Assembly: GCA_963664395.2 (NCBI GenBank)
Contig: OY761159.2
Location: 928,001-992,000 of the forward strand
DNA: 64,000 nucleotides
Direction of reading: 5' to 3'
Source of the DNA: Candidatus Binatia bacterium
GTDB taxonomy: Bacteria; Desulfobacterota; Binatia; Bin18
Every line of letters begins with the position of its first letter. Positions within the stretch are counted from its first letter, which is position 1. Under the pieces are notes generated by a model. That model ran no database searches, was not told the origin of the DNA, and was given only the letters and a program-made list of their open reading frames with translations. A program made the translations under genes and the position numbers. Of this stretch, positions 1 through 9,263 are shown piece after piece.

Positions 1-366
1 GGCAAAGATCCATGCCCGTGCTTTACACAGGCGCTCATCATCCGGGGCAAAGCCATTCGCGCGCAAGGCTGCATAGCATTCAACCGTCGTATTGATGTCC
101 CCATCCGGAGCGTCGTAGTAAGTCTCCCACGAGCCGTCCCCGCGTTGGGCGTTGAGCAGGGTCTGCACAATCTGCTGCTTGCGCGGATGCGCATAGCCCA
201 GGAAGTGCATGGCCAGAAGCCACTGGGCTTCCATGCAGCAGTTGGATTCCAGCATCCCAGCCCAGTACCCATCCTCGGCCTGATCGCGATACAGCCACGT
301 CGTTGCGGCGTGAATGGCCTCGTCGAGATGCGGTCCCATATCGGGCATAGCGGCGACAGCAGACAT
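1..366 (-). CDS. shc: Squalene-hopene cyclase, 5' part (runs off window start)
   Basis: Manual translation of an open minus-strand frame from ATG at 366 (absent from the ORF track): QAEDGYWAGMLESNCCMEAQWLLAMHFLG and QRGDGSWETYYDAPDGDINTTVECYAAL match SHC QW repeats and the N-terminal consensus. Confidence 0.88.
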   Translation of the reverse strand, partial: MSAVAAMPDMGPHLDEAIHAATTWLYRDQAEDGYWAGMLESNCCMEAQWLLAMHFLGYAHPRKQQIVQTLLNAQRGDGSWETYYDAPDGDINTTVECYAALRANGFAPDDERLCKARAWIFA

Positions 367-577
367 CCTGATTCCACCCCCAGCTTTTTTGGTAAGCTTG
401 GTAAATAACGAGGGGAATTATGACATAGCAGTCCGGAGGCTGCCAGCACTCAAGAAACGCTTCATACCAATGAGGCGACCACGACTAGTGTCGAGGGGAT
501 TGGGGGTGACAATCTTGCTTCCCGAGAACAATCCAGCGTAACATGCCAAGCGTTACACGCACACAAAGGGGGGCGCT

Positions 578-1408
578 ATGACCCAAGCCGCACGAGAAAC
601 ATTCGAGCCGTATCGGTTTCAGACTCGCAATATTAACGACGGCGAGAATAAGGCGCACACCAGAGAAGGCGCTCAGGCGCTTGGTTTTCGCGGCTCCATC
701 GTTGGTGGGGCGATTGTGTATGGCCAGATGATCCGCCCGCTCATTGAACGCTATGGCGAAACGTGGCTGGGATGCCACTGGTTTGATTTGCGCTTCAAAT
801 CGCCGGCTTTTGACGAGGATTGGGTCACGTCTCACCTTACGCCAACTGCGGAGAGCGACCAGCCGCACGCCTTCTCTGTCCTAGCCAGAAATGAAGAGGG
901 CCAGGAGCTGATTGCCATGCGGACGCATATTCCTGACACACCTCCGCCGGTCGATGCCCTGGCGTCAATAGAGCCTGTTGATTGGGAGGGTGAGCGTGAG
1001 TTGGGGACCTGGGAGCGCATGGAACTCAACAAACCGTTTCGTCGTTTTCGCTGGCGGCTCACCATGTCGCAGCACCTCTCGTACTGCGACAAAACAAACG
1101 AAGAGCTGGCTATCTTCCGACGGGGCGCTACTCCACCCGTCCACCCCGGCCTGGTTATGGCCCACGGCAGCTTTGCTGTCCAGAACCAATTCAAGATGCC
1201 GTTTTGGATACACACGGGAAGCACGCTGCTGACCCGTGGACTGATCCGTGTTGGCGATGAGGTCGAACTGCGCTGTGTGCCAGTTGAAAAATGGAAGCGC
1301 GGAGAAAACGAGTGGGTCAAATTTTATCAAGTGTATATCGTCAACGATCAACCCGTGGTTGAGGTCTGGAAGTCCTCGATCATAAAATTCGTGCCGCACC
1401 AACGATAA
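578..1408 (+). CDS. Double hotdog-fold (MaoC-like) protein
   Basis: 276-aa ORF; NKAH..GAQALGFRGSIVGG and FDLRFKSP resemble MaoC dehydratase-like motifs; purine-rich RBS upstream. Confidence 0.6.
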   Translation: MTQAARETFEPYRFQTRNINDGENKAHTREGAQALGFRGSIVGGAIVYGQMIRPLIERYGETWLGCHWFDLRFKSPAFDEDWVTSHLTPTAESDQPHAFSVLARNEEGQELIAMRTHIPDTPPPVDALASIEPVDWEGERELGTWERMELNKPFRRFRWRLTMSQHLSYCDKTNEELAIFRRGATPPVHPGLVMAHGSFAVQNQFKMPFWIHTGSTLLTRGLIRVGDEVELRCVPVEKWKRGENEWVKFYQVYIVNDQPVVEVWKSSIIKFVPHQR

Positions 1409-1426
1409 CCAGGCCGCTCATGTCGC

Positions 1427-2070
1427 TCATGTCGCTCGTGAGGCTTGTTTCCGGCTCTTCGCCCAGGCTGCCATGTCACCAAACGGGTCGGCAAAACTCG
1501 GGGCCGCGGCTTCGCCATTGAACTCATTGAACTCCCGGTAGAGGGTATTCACGTTCACCACAATGCGCTCGGCATCTCCCCACGCAGAGTAATCATTCAG
1601 CGTAATGTCGTGAGCCGCTTCGGTTTCGGACATGTCGGCGTCAAAGCGTTTGCGTGTTTCCACTTCGATATATTACGGTTTCAACCTCAAGTTCGAGCAT
1701 CAGCTCACACGCCTTGATCCAGTTGGCAATCGGCCCGTTCCACATCAGGGGTGTCCCGTCAATAAAAAGAATGTCGCCGGTGAAGATGGTCCGCTCGCCG
1801 GGTACACAGGCTAAGACATCGCCCCGCGTATGGGCCGGCCCGACTTCAATGAGTTGGACGTCCCTGTCTCCAACCTTGAGATCAAGTTGGTTCTCAAACG
1901 TGCGCGAGGGATGCGTCGGCGTAATGTCGTCAAAGCGAAACGAGCCGAGAATCTCAGTCAAATACTCGCCCAGCTCGCCCATAGTGGCAGCCGCTTTCAT
2001 CATATCGGCAATACGGCTGGGTGGGAGTTCTTCCAACAACGACTGATCCCCGTCAACAACCAGCCTCGTA
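1427..2070 (-). pseudogene. MBL-fold metallo-hydrolase remnant (5' truncated, two internal deletions)
   Basis: ORFs 1641-2039 (VGPAHTRGD, FTGDILF) and 1427-1663 lie in different frames; upstream LVVDGDQSLL is joined directly to EELPPS with no HxHxDH motif; the expected PGHG motif after VETVI is missing. Confidence 0.75.
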
Positions 2071-2079
2071 ATTCCCTAG

Positions 2080-2125
2080 AGATTCCTCCCATTTTAGGGG
2101 GGGTTCGCGCGGCGGAATAGGGTAG
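2080..2125 (+). promoter_or_regulatory. Conserved 46-bp element upstream of giant surface protein gene 1
   Basis: AGATTCCTCCCATTTTAGGGGGG-N9-GCGGAATAGGGTAG; near-identical copy with the same spacing at 41565-41610. Confidence 0.65.
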
Positions 2126-2257
2126 CTCTTGAAGGAACGACCACTTGCTGAGGCTGCTCGGGTTTCACAGGGGTTCAACCTATTGTGGTGAGGAAACATG
2201 ATACGGCATATTACGCGACGCGATAGTCTCTTCCAACCTTCAACCTCCGGAGGGCGC

Positions 2258-5200
2258 ATGATTGCGCCACGCCGTCTGCTCTCCGCCGTGATTCTGTCCG
2301 CCCTCGTGGGCATCGTCCTCGGCGTGCCGTCCGCTGCGGCGCAGCTCCCGAACACGCCGGACCCTCCCGGTGTGGTGGCAAAGTCCAAGACCGCGCTGAC
2401 TGTCACGTGGACCGCGCCCACCGGGCCGGCCGTGGCCAGCTACGACGTGCAGTATCGCAAGAGCACGGAGACGAATTGGACCGCCGGGCCCCAGGACCAG
2501 ACCCGGCCGAGGGCGGATATCACCGGGCTGGACGCAGACACGTTTTACGACGTGCAGGTGCGGGCCACCAATGCCGCGGGCGACAGCGGTTGGTCCGACG
2601 ACGCCCAGGGTGCGACCGCGCTCTTCGAGGCCGACCTCACCGTCGGCAGGCACAGCGATGGCGGATTCACACATCAGGTTGGCTATAGACGCGGACACCC
2701 TGCTGCCAGCTCGAATCTTTATCCACCGGATGAGATGGGCCACGGGATGCTGACTTCCTCCGAGCTCACCTACAGGGGCGTCACCTATACGATAGACGCG
2801 ATTCGTCGAGACAATAGGGAAAATCACCTCGTGATTGGCTATTCTTCGGATGCAGTCAGGATGTCCGGGGGCCAGACGCAACCCGCTCCCAGTTTTTGGC
2901 CGAGAGACTGGGACATTACCTTTTTTCAGACAGAGGAGATCGAGCAATTCTCTACCGCCATTCTAAATCCGGGCAATCAAATACAGGCGGGCATTCTGAA
3001 CCAGCAACTTGAGGGCGGTTATTTACATAAACGCCCTCACATAGGCGCAATATGGGACTGGGATCGTAAAAACTTGCCATGGACGGTGGATCAGACGTAC
3101 TCCATGACCATAGCCAGAGTCCAGCGCGCGGACACGACCGTGACGATCTCGGCGGACTCGCCGGACGTCACGCTGAGCCCGACCTCGTTGACCATCCCGG
3201 CGGGGAATGTGCGCGGCACCGTGATGCTGACGGCGACGCTGAGCCCTGCGTCGAGCGCGGACACGACCGTGACGATCTCGGCGGACCCGCCGGACGTCAC
3301 GCTGATCCCGGACTCGTTGACCATCCCGGCGGAGATGACGCAGAACAAAGTGACGCTGACGGTGATACTGCCCCAAACGAACCATCCGCCGGTGTTCCCG
3401 TCCCCCGAGACGAGCTTCAGTGTGAACGAAAACACGCCACCGGGACAAGATATCGGTATCCCAGTGACGGCCTTCGACGACGGCGGCGAGAGACTGACCT
3501 ACACGCTGGACGGGCCCGACGCCGCGGCCTTCGACCTCTTCGTCGCCAACCAGTTAAGAACAAAGGCAGAGCTGGACTACGAGACCAAGGACAGCTACCG
3601 CTTCGTCGTGTCGGTCCGGGACAGCAGGAACGACGCCGGTGAGGCCGACACGGAGACGGACGACACTATCGAGGTGACGATCACGGTTGTCGACCTGGAC
3701 GAAGCGGGCACGGTGACCCTGACGGGGACGCCAGCGCAGCTACGGGAAGAACTGACAGCGGCGTTACACGACGAGGACGGCAGGCTGATCGGCATCACCT
3801 GGCAGTGGGCGCGCTCCGGGATCACCTGGACCGACATCGATATGGCGACCTCCGAGCGGTATACGCCGGAGGCGGGCGACCTGGGGAAGCATCTGCGGGC
3901 CACCGCGACCTATACCGACCGCTATGGGTCCGGGAAGAGCGCGAGTACGACGACCACAGCTGTACAGGCCCCCCCGGGGATGACCCTGCACCTGTCCCCT
4001 TCCTCCATCAGCGAGGACGGCGGACAGAGCACAGTCACGGCGCGTCTGGCCACGGCATCGCCCGCCGTGACAACCGTGACGGTCTCGGCCCCGGCGGGCG
4101 ACGTCACGCTGAGTAATAACCGGACGCTGACGATTGCGGCGGGGAAGACGGAGAGTACGGGGACGGTGACGCTCACGGCGGTGGATAACGACGGAGACGG
4201 GCCGGAGACGAAGCAGGTGCAGGTGAGTGGGCAGAGGAATAACCGTCTGGCGACGAAGCCGGCCTCGGTCACGCTGACGATTACGGATGACGACCCTGCG
4301 CCGACGGTGACGATGGCGGTGTCGCCGGATGCGATCACGGAGAACGCCGGGGTGGGCACGCTGGCGGTGATGCTGAGCCATCCGTCGAGCGCGGCCACGG
4401 CGGTCGAGGTGTCGGCGGACCCGGCGGCGGCCGTCACGCTGCGCCCGAACTCGTTGACCATCAGCGTGACGGCCTCGGCGGACCTGCCGGGCGTCATGCT
4501 GAGCCCGAACTCGTTGACCATCCCGGCGGGGGAGACGGAAGGCACCGTCACGCTGACGGCGACGCTGAGCACTAGGTCGAGCGCGGACACGACCGTGACG
4601 GTCTCGGCGGACCCGCCGGGCGTCACGCTGAGCCCGGACTCGTTGACCATCCCGGCGGGGGAGACGGAAGGCACCGTCACGCTGACGGCGACGCTGAGCG
4701 AGGCGTCGAGCGCGGACACGACCGTGACGGTCTTGACCACGACCGTCACGCTGAGCCCGAACCCGTTGATCATCCCGGCAGATAAGACGGAGGGCACCGT
4801 CACGCTGACGGTGATACTGAGCGAGGCGTCGAGCGCGGCCACGACCGTGACGGTCTCGGCGGACTCGGCGGACGTCACGCTGAGCCCGAACTCGTTGCCC
4901 ATCCCGGCAGGGATGACGCGCGGCACCGTGACGCTGACGGCGACGCTGAGCCCTATGTCGAGCGCGGCCACGACCGTGACGATCTCGGCGGACCCGGCGG
5001 CGGACGTCGCGCTGAGCCCGAACTCGTTGACCATCCCGGCGGGGATGACGCGCGGCACCGTGACGCTGACGGCGGTGGACGACAACACCGATGCCCTGAA
5101 CAAGCAGGTGACCGTGAGCGGGATGGCAAGCAACACGCATGGTATAGCCGGGAATCTGGAGCCCCGGACCCTGCGGATTCAAGACGACGACCCTGCGCCG

Positions 5201-8200
5201 ACGGTGACGCTGGAGCTGGCGCCGAATCCGATCGGCGAGAACGGCGGACAGAGCACGCTGACAGTGGGGCTGGACCGGCCGTCGAGCCAGGCCACGACCG
5301 TGACGGTCTCGGCGGACCCGGCGGCCGTCAGGCTGAGCCCGAACTCGTTGACCATCCCGGCGAGGATGACGAGCGGCACGGGGACGCTGACGGTGACGGC
5401 GGAGGACAACAACATCGACGGGCCGGAGACCACAACCGTGACCGTCTCGGCGGATGCGGAGAACGTCCTGGGAGTCACGGACCCGGCCGACGCGGCCCTG
5501 ACGATTCAGGACGACGACGGTCCGCCAACGGTGACGCTGGCAGTGTCGCCGAATCCGATCCCGGAGAACGGCGGGGTGAGCACGCTGACGGCGAGGCTGG
5601 ACCGGCCATCGAGCCGGCCGATCGTGGTGACGGTCGCGCCGGACCCGGCCTACACCCTGGATGGAAACCCAACACTGACCTTTCCGGCGGGCGCGACAGC
5701 GCGCCAGGGGACGGTGGTGCTGACGGCCAAGGATAACGCCATCGACGCGGCGGACGCGACGGTGAGTGTGGGGGGGACGGCCAACCCGAGGCTGATGGTG
5801 GCGGCGGCGGAGCTGACCATCACGGACAACGACACCCGCGGGGTGACGGTGAGCGAGCAGACGCTGTCGATCAAGGAGGGGGGTAACCCGGATACCTACA
5901 CCGTGGTGCTGGCCTCCGAGCCGACGGGCCCCGTGACGATAGCCGTGGCGTCCAGCGATGCGGCGGTGCGCGTCAATCCGCCGAGTCTGGGGTTTACGGC
6001 CGCGAACTGGCAGACGGCCCAGACAGTGACGGTGGATGCGGCCAACGACGAGATGGAGAACAATCCTCCCAAGACGGCAACAATCACGCACACCGTGAGT
6101 GGCGGCGACTACGCCGGAGTTCCGGCGGCCTCCGTGACCGTGGCCGTGACCGACGACGAGAGCCCGTCCACGGACGTGACCCTGAGCGTGAGCCCGGCTG
6201 CCGTGCGAGAGGGCGCCGGCAACAGGACGGTGACCGTGACCGGCGAGTTGAATGGCGAGCCCCGCTCGGCCGCAACCGTGGTGACGGTCTCGGTCACGGC
6301 CGGGACGGCCACGGCGGGCACCGACTTTTCGGTGTCGCCCGTCCCTACGCTGACGATTGCGGAGGGTCAGCCGAGCGGAACGATGACCTTTGCCCTGACG
6401 CCAGTGAACGACACCATCGGCGAGCCGGATGAGACGGTGACGGTGGGTGGCAGTACCACGGCGGGGCTGAATGTGACGGAGACGACGCTGACCATTGAGG
6501 ACAATGACGGTCCGCCGGCGGTGGAGCTAGTGCTGTCGGCGAATCCGATCAGCGAGGACGAGACCACTCAGGTGACGGCCACGCTGAGCCATCCGTCGAG
6601 CGCGGACACGACGGTCGAGGTGTCGGTGACGGCCGTGCATCCGGCGTCGGCCGGCGACTTCAGACTGAGCGGGACCAGCCTGACGATCCCGGCAGGGTTT
6701 ATGGAGAGCAGTACGAGTGCGACGCTCTGGGCGAGGGATAACCCAGTGGACGAGGCGGACGCACAGGCGAGCGTGAGGGGCCGGGCGGAGAACCCCCAAG
6801 GGGTGCAGTCGCCGAATGTGGGGCCGGTGACGGTGACCATTACGGATGACGACGCACCCGAGGTGACGGGAGAGACCTTTCCAGAGTACGTAGAGGGCGG
6901 CTCGGGACCGGTGGCCACCTACACGGCGAGCAACCCGGCGAATGTCCGGCTGACGTGGTCGGTGATCGGGACGGATGCCGAGTTTTTTACCATCGCGAAT
7001 GGAGTGCTGCGCTTCAAGCAGTCACCGGACTATGAGGACCCCCTGGACAAAGAGTATGCGGTGACCGTGCAAGCCTCCGACGGGACTGATCCTGCTGGGC
7101 CTCTGGCGGTGACCGTCGCGGTGCTGGATGCCTTGGGCAAGGTGGAGCTGCCCCCGTCACAGCCGCAGGTGGAGGTCGCGCTCACCGCGACGCTGAGTGA
7201 CCTGGACGGCCTGCACCCGGACCCGGTGCCCCCCAACGAAGAACGGTGGTGCTGGCAGCGGTCCCGCTTCCCAACTTTCCTCACTATCCCTGGGATTGAG
7301 TGTATCCCGGACACGACAGACACCTATACCCCAGTGGACGCCGACCTCGACCACTATCTGCAGGTCACGGTACTCTATTATACCGACGGCCAGAAGACGC
7401 GCAAAGTAGATATGGTGGTGGCGGCGCCGGACGAGCCAGTAAGGGCGACGGCGGACGAGCCGATGGTCCCCCCAGAGCCGGTGGTGGCGGTGTCGTTCAA
7501 CGCGGCCAGCTACACGGTGGACGAAGGCAAGTTCGTCGAGGTCACGGTGCGGCTGAGTGCCGACCCGGAACGCCGGGTGGAGATTCCGTTGACGCTCACG
7601 CCTGGAGACAACGTGGAGCCGTCTGACTACTCGGGAGTGCCGGACAGAGTCGTGTTCGAGAGTGGTGACCGCGCACAGAGTTTTTCCTTTAGTGCCCGTG
7701 CTGACCAAAGAGACGAGGCAGCCGAGACGCTCACCCTTGCCTTCGACGTGCCGCTGCCGACTGGGGTGGAGGTGGGTAGCCCCGCTACGACGGTCGTAAC
7801 GATTAATAGCAGTGAGGGTGACGGCGGCGGTGGCGGTAGTGGCGGCGGTGGGGGTAGTGGCGGCGGTGGGGGTAGTGGCGGCGGTGGGCCGTCAACCCCA
7901 GCCCCTCCCCCAGAGCCGGTCGGATACTTGGAGAACCCAGGGACGGCGGCGACTCAGAGCGGCATCGGCGTCATCTCGGGCTGGGTGTGTGAGGCGGCGG
8001 TGGTGGAGATCGAGTTGAACGGAGTACCGCAGGAGGCCGCCTATGGCACCGAGCGACTCGATACGGAGGCGGTGTGTGGGGATACGGACAACGGCTTTGG
8101 GTTGTTGTTCAACTGGAATCTGCTGGGCGACGGGGTGCATGAGGTGGTGGCGTTCGTCGATGACGTGGAACTGACACGGACGACCGTCACCGTCACGACG

Positions 8201-8773
8201 TTGGGGGTGGAGTTTCTACGCGACGTGACCGGGACATGTGAAGCCACGGATTTTCCCCTGGCGGGCGAGCATGTGACCTTAGTGTGGCAGCAGGCTCAGC
8301 AAAACTTCGCCATTGCGGACGGAGAAGCACCGCGGGGAGCGGACCGAGCCGGAGCGATCGAGGTCGGCTATCTGGAGAATCCGGGACCGAACTCGTTTCA
8401 GAGTGGGATTGGGGTCATCTCGGGCTGGGTGTGCGAGGCCGAGACGGTGGAGATTGTGTTGAACGGGGAGGCCCAGCCGGCGGCGTATGGGACAGAGCGG
8501 CTGGACACGCTGGACGCCTGTGGGGATACGGACAACGGCTTTGGGTTGCTCTTCAACTGGAATCTGCTGGGCGAGGGAGAACACACCGTGGTCGCGCGGG
8601 TCGATGGGGAAGAACTCGGCCGGGCGACGGTACGGGTGACGACGTTAGGGACGGAGTTTCTGCGGGGCGTGGCGGGCGAGTGTGAGGCCGAGGGCTTCCC
8701 CATGCCAGGCGAGACGGTGACGCTGGAATGGCAACAGAACAGTCAGAATTTCGTGATTACGGACATAGAGTGA
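2258..8773 (+). CDS. Giant secreted modular surface protein 1 (signal peptide, FN3, cadherin, Calx-beta-like repeats, Gly linker, tandem C-terminal domain)
   Basis: 2191-aa ORF from 2198; likely start ATG 2258 after GGAGG; signal peptide ending SAAAQ; FN3 (VTWTAP, YDVQVRATNAAGDSGWS); cadherin (NHPPVF, LDYETK); many LTIxDDD repeats; two GYLENPG...QNFxIxD domains. Confidence 0.85.
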   Translation: MIAPRRLLSAVILSALVGIVLGVPSAAAQLPNTPDPPGVVAKSKTALTVTWTAPTGPAVASYDVQYRKSTETNWTAGPQDQTRPRADITGLDADTFYDVQVRATNAAGDSGWSDDAQGATALFEADLTVGRHSDGGFTHQVGYRRGHPAASSNLYPPDEMGHGMLTSSELTYRGVTYTIDAIRRDNRENHLVIGYSSDAVRMSGGQTQPAPSFWPRDWDITFFQTEEIEQFSTAILNPGNQIQAGILNQQLEGGYLHKRPHIGAIWDWDRKNLPWTVDQTYSMTIARVQRADTTVTISADSPDVTLSPTSLTIPAGNVRGTVMLTATLSPASSADTTVTISADPPDVTLIPDSLTIPAEMTQNKVTLTVILPQTNHPPVFPSPETSFSVNENTPPGQDIGIPVTAFDDGGERLTYTLDGPDAAAFDLFVANQLRTKAELDYETKDSYRFVVSVRDSRNDAGEADTETDDTIEVTITVVDLDEAGTVTLTGTPAQLREELTAALHDEDGRLIGITWQWARSGITWTDIDMATSERYTPEAGDLGKHLRATATYTDRYGSGKSASTTTTAVQAPPGMTLHLSPSSISEDGGQSTVTARLATASPAVTTVTVSAPAGDVTLSNNRTLTIAAGKTESTGTVTLTAVDNDGDGPETKQVQVSGQRNNRLATKPASVTLTITDDDPAPTVTMAVSPDAITENAGVGTLAVMLSHPSSAATAVEVSADPAAAVTLRPNSLTISVTASADLPGVMLSPNSLTIPAGETEGTVTLTATLSTRSSADTTVTVSADPPGVTLSPDSLTIPAGETEGTVTLTATLSEASSADTTVTVLTTTVTLSPNPLIIPADKTEGTVTLTVILSEASSAATTVTVSADSADVTLSPNSLPIPAGMTRGTVTLTATLSPMSSAATTVTISADPAADVALSPNSLTIPAGMTRGTVTLTAVDDNTDALNKQVTVSGMASNTHGIAGNLEPRTLRIQDDDPAPTVTLELAPNPIGENGGQSTLTVGLDRPSSQATTVTVSADPAAVRLSPNSLTIPARMTSGTGTLTVTAEDNNIDGPETTTVTVSADAENVLGVTDPADAALTIQDDDGPPTVTLAVSPNPIPENGGVSTLTARLDRPSSRPIVVTVAPDPAYTLDGNPTLTFPAGATARQGTVVLTAKDNAIDAADATVSVGGTANPRLMVAAAELTITDNDTRGVTVSEQTLSIKEGGNPDTYTVVLASEPTGPVTIAVASSDAAVRVNPPSLGFTAANWQTAQTVTVDAANDEMENNPPKTATITHTVSGGDYAGVPAASVTVAVTDDESPSTDVTLSVSPAAVREGAGNRTVTVTGELNGEPRSAATVVTVSVTAGTATAGTDFSVSPVPTLTIAEGQPSGTMTFALTPVNDTIGEPDETVTVGGSTTAGLNVTETTLTIEDNDGPPAVELVLSANPISEDETTQVTATLSHPSSADTTVEVSVTAVHPASAGDFRLSGTSLTIPAGFMESSTSATLWARDNPVDEADAQASVRGRAENPQGVQSPNVGPVTVTITDDDAPEVTGETFPEYVEGGSGPVATYTASNPANVRLTWSVIGTDAEFFTIANGVLRFKQSPDYEDPLDKEYAVTVQASDGTDPAGPLAVTVAVLDALGKVELPPSQPQVEVALTATLSDLDGLHPDPVPPNEERWCWQRSRFPTFLTIPGIECIPDTTDTYTPVDADLDHYLQVTVLYYTDGQKTRKVDMVVAAPDEPVRATADEPMVPPEPVVAVSFNAASYTVDEGKFVEVTVRLSADPERRVEIPLTLTPGDNVEPSDYSGVPDRVVFESGDRAQSFSFSARADQRDEAAETLTLAFDVPLPTGVEVGSPATTVVTINSSEGDGGGGGSGGGGGSGGGGGSGGGGPSTPAPPPEPVGYLENPGTAATQSGIGVISGWVCEAAVVEIELNGVPQEAAYGTERLDTEAVCGDTDNGFGLLFNWNLLGDGVHEVVAFVDDVELTRTTVTVTTLGVEFLRDVTGTCEATDFPLAGEHVTLVWQQAQQNFAIADGEAPRGADRAGAIEVGYLENPGPNSFQSGIGVISGWVCEAETVEIVLNGEAQPAAYGTERLDTLDACGDTDNGFGLLFNWNLLGEGEHTVVARVDGEELGRATVRVTTLGTEFLRGVAGECEAEGFPMPGETVTLEWQQNSQNFVITDIE
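3125..5400 (+). repeat. Intragenic ~123-129-bp (41-43 aa) repeat units
   Basis: Units of SADTTVTxSADxxxVTLSPxSLTIPAGxxxGTVxLTATLS starting near 3127, 3256, 4581, 4710, 4833 and 4962, plus partial copies. Confidence 0.85.
7823..7888 (+). repeat. 18-bp tandem repeat encoding a Gly5-Ser linker
   Basis: GGCGGCGGTGG(G/C)GGTAGT about 3.7 times. Confidence 0.9.
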
Positions 8774-8838
8774 GCGAGGCCGGACGGCTCGGGGGCCGGT
8801 GAACTCTGCCGCCCGCCTCTGGCGAGGACTTCCAGGCG

Positions 8839-9015
8839 CGCTGCCCCCTGAGTGATGTGCAGCACCGTTTTGATGAATTGCGCCAACTTATGGAAGCCGG
8901 CGGGCGGGATGTGGCCGAGTTGGAAATCCCCTCAATGGTTGACCCCCGTGTCACGGGATTCGCGCCTCCCGTGACGCGGGCCTGCATGGACTGCACGTCA
9001 CCTGCGCTGCGCCGG
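8839..9015 (+). pseudogene. Degenerate 3' fragment of an LLM oxidoreductase (paralog of 12258-12436)
   Basis: QHRFDELRQLMEAGGRDVAELEIPSMVDP vs QHRFGELRQLMEAGGRDYAELEITSMVDP, with small deletions and no 5' part. Confidence 0.85.
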
Positions 9016-9263
9016 TTGCACCCCGCATGGCAGCCAGCATCTCCCGCGTGAGGCGAGGTCAAAGAGCGTATCAACCAACAGTCTCCCTCCTTGCGTGTGT
9101 CTTAGCAAGTGTCGGGTTGAACAAGTAGAGCGCGCTCCCCCGCTTCCCTCCTTTTACACACAGACGCATGCCTGATACAGCAGGACGGGGCAGAGATTGG
9201 CAGTACCGTTCGCGCTGTGAGGGGCCGGAGTTTCACAGAACGACAGATATAAGGAGCATATTC

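Noticed and set aside
3125-5400. Repeats as a possible CRISPR array or DGR template/variable pair
   Set aside because: Units are in-frame coding repeats without unique spacers; no cas or reverse transcriptase gene is present, and differences are not obviously adenine-specific
3764-6091. 775-aa antisense ORF and other long Arg-rich ORFs over the giant genes
   Set aside because: Shadow frames of GC-rich repetitive coding sequence with no protein-like motifs
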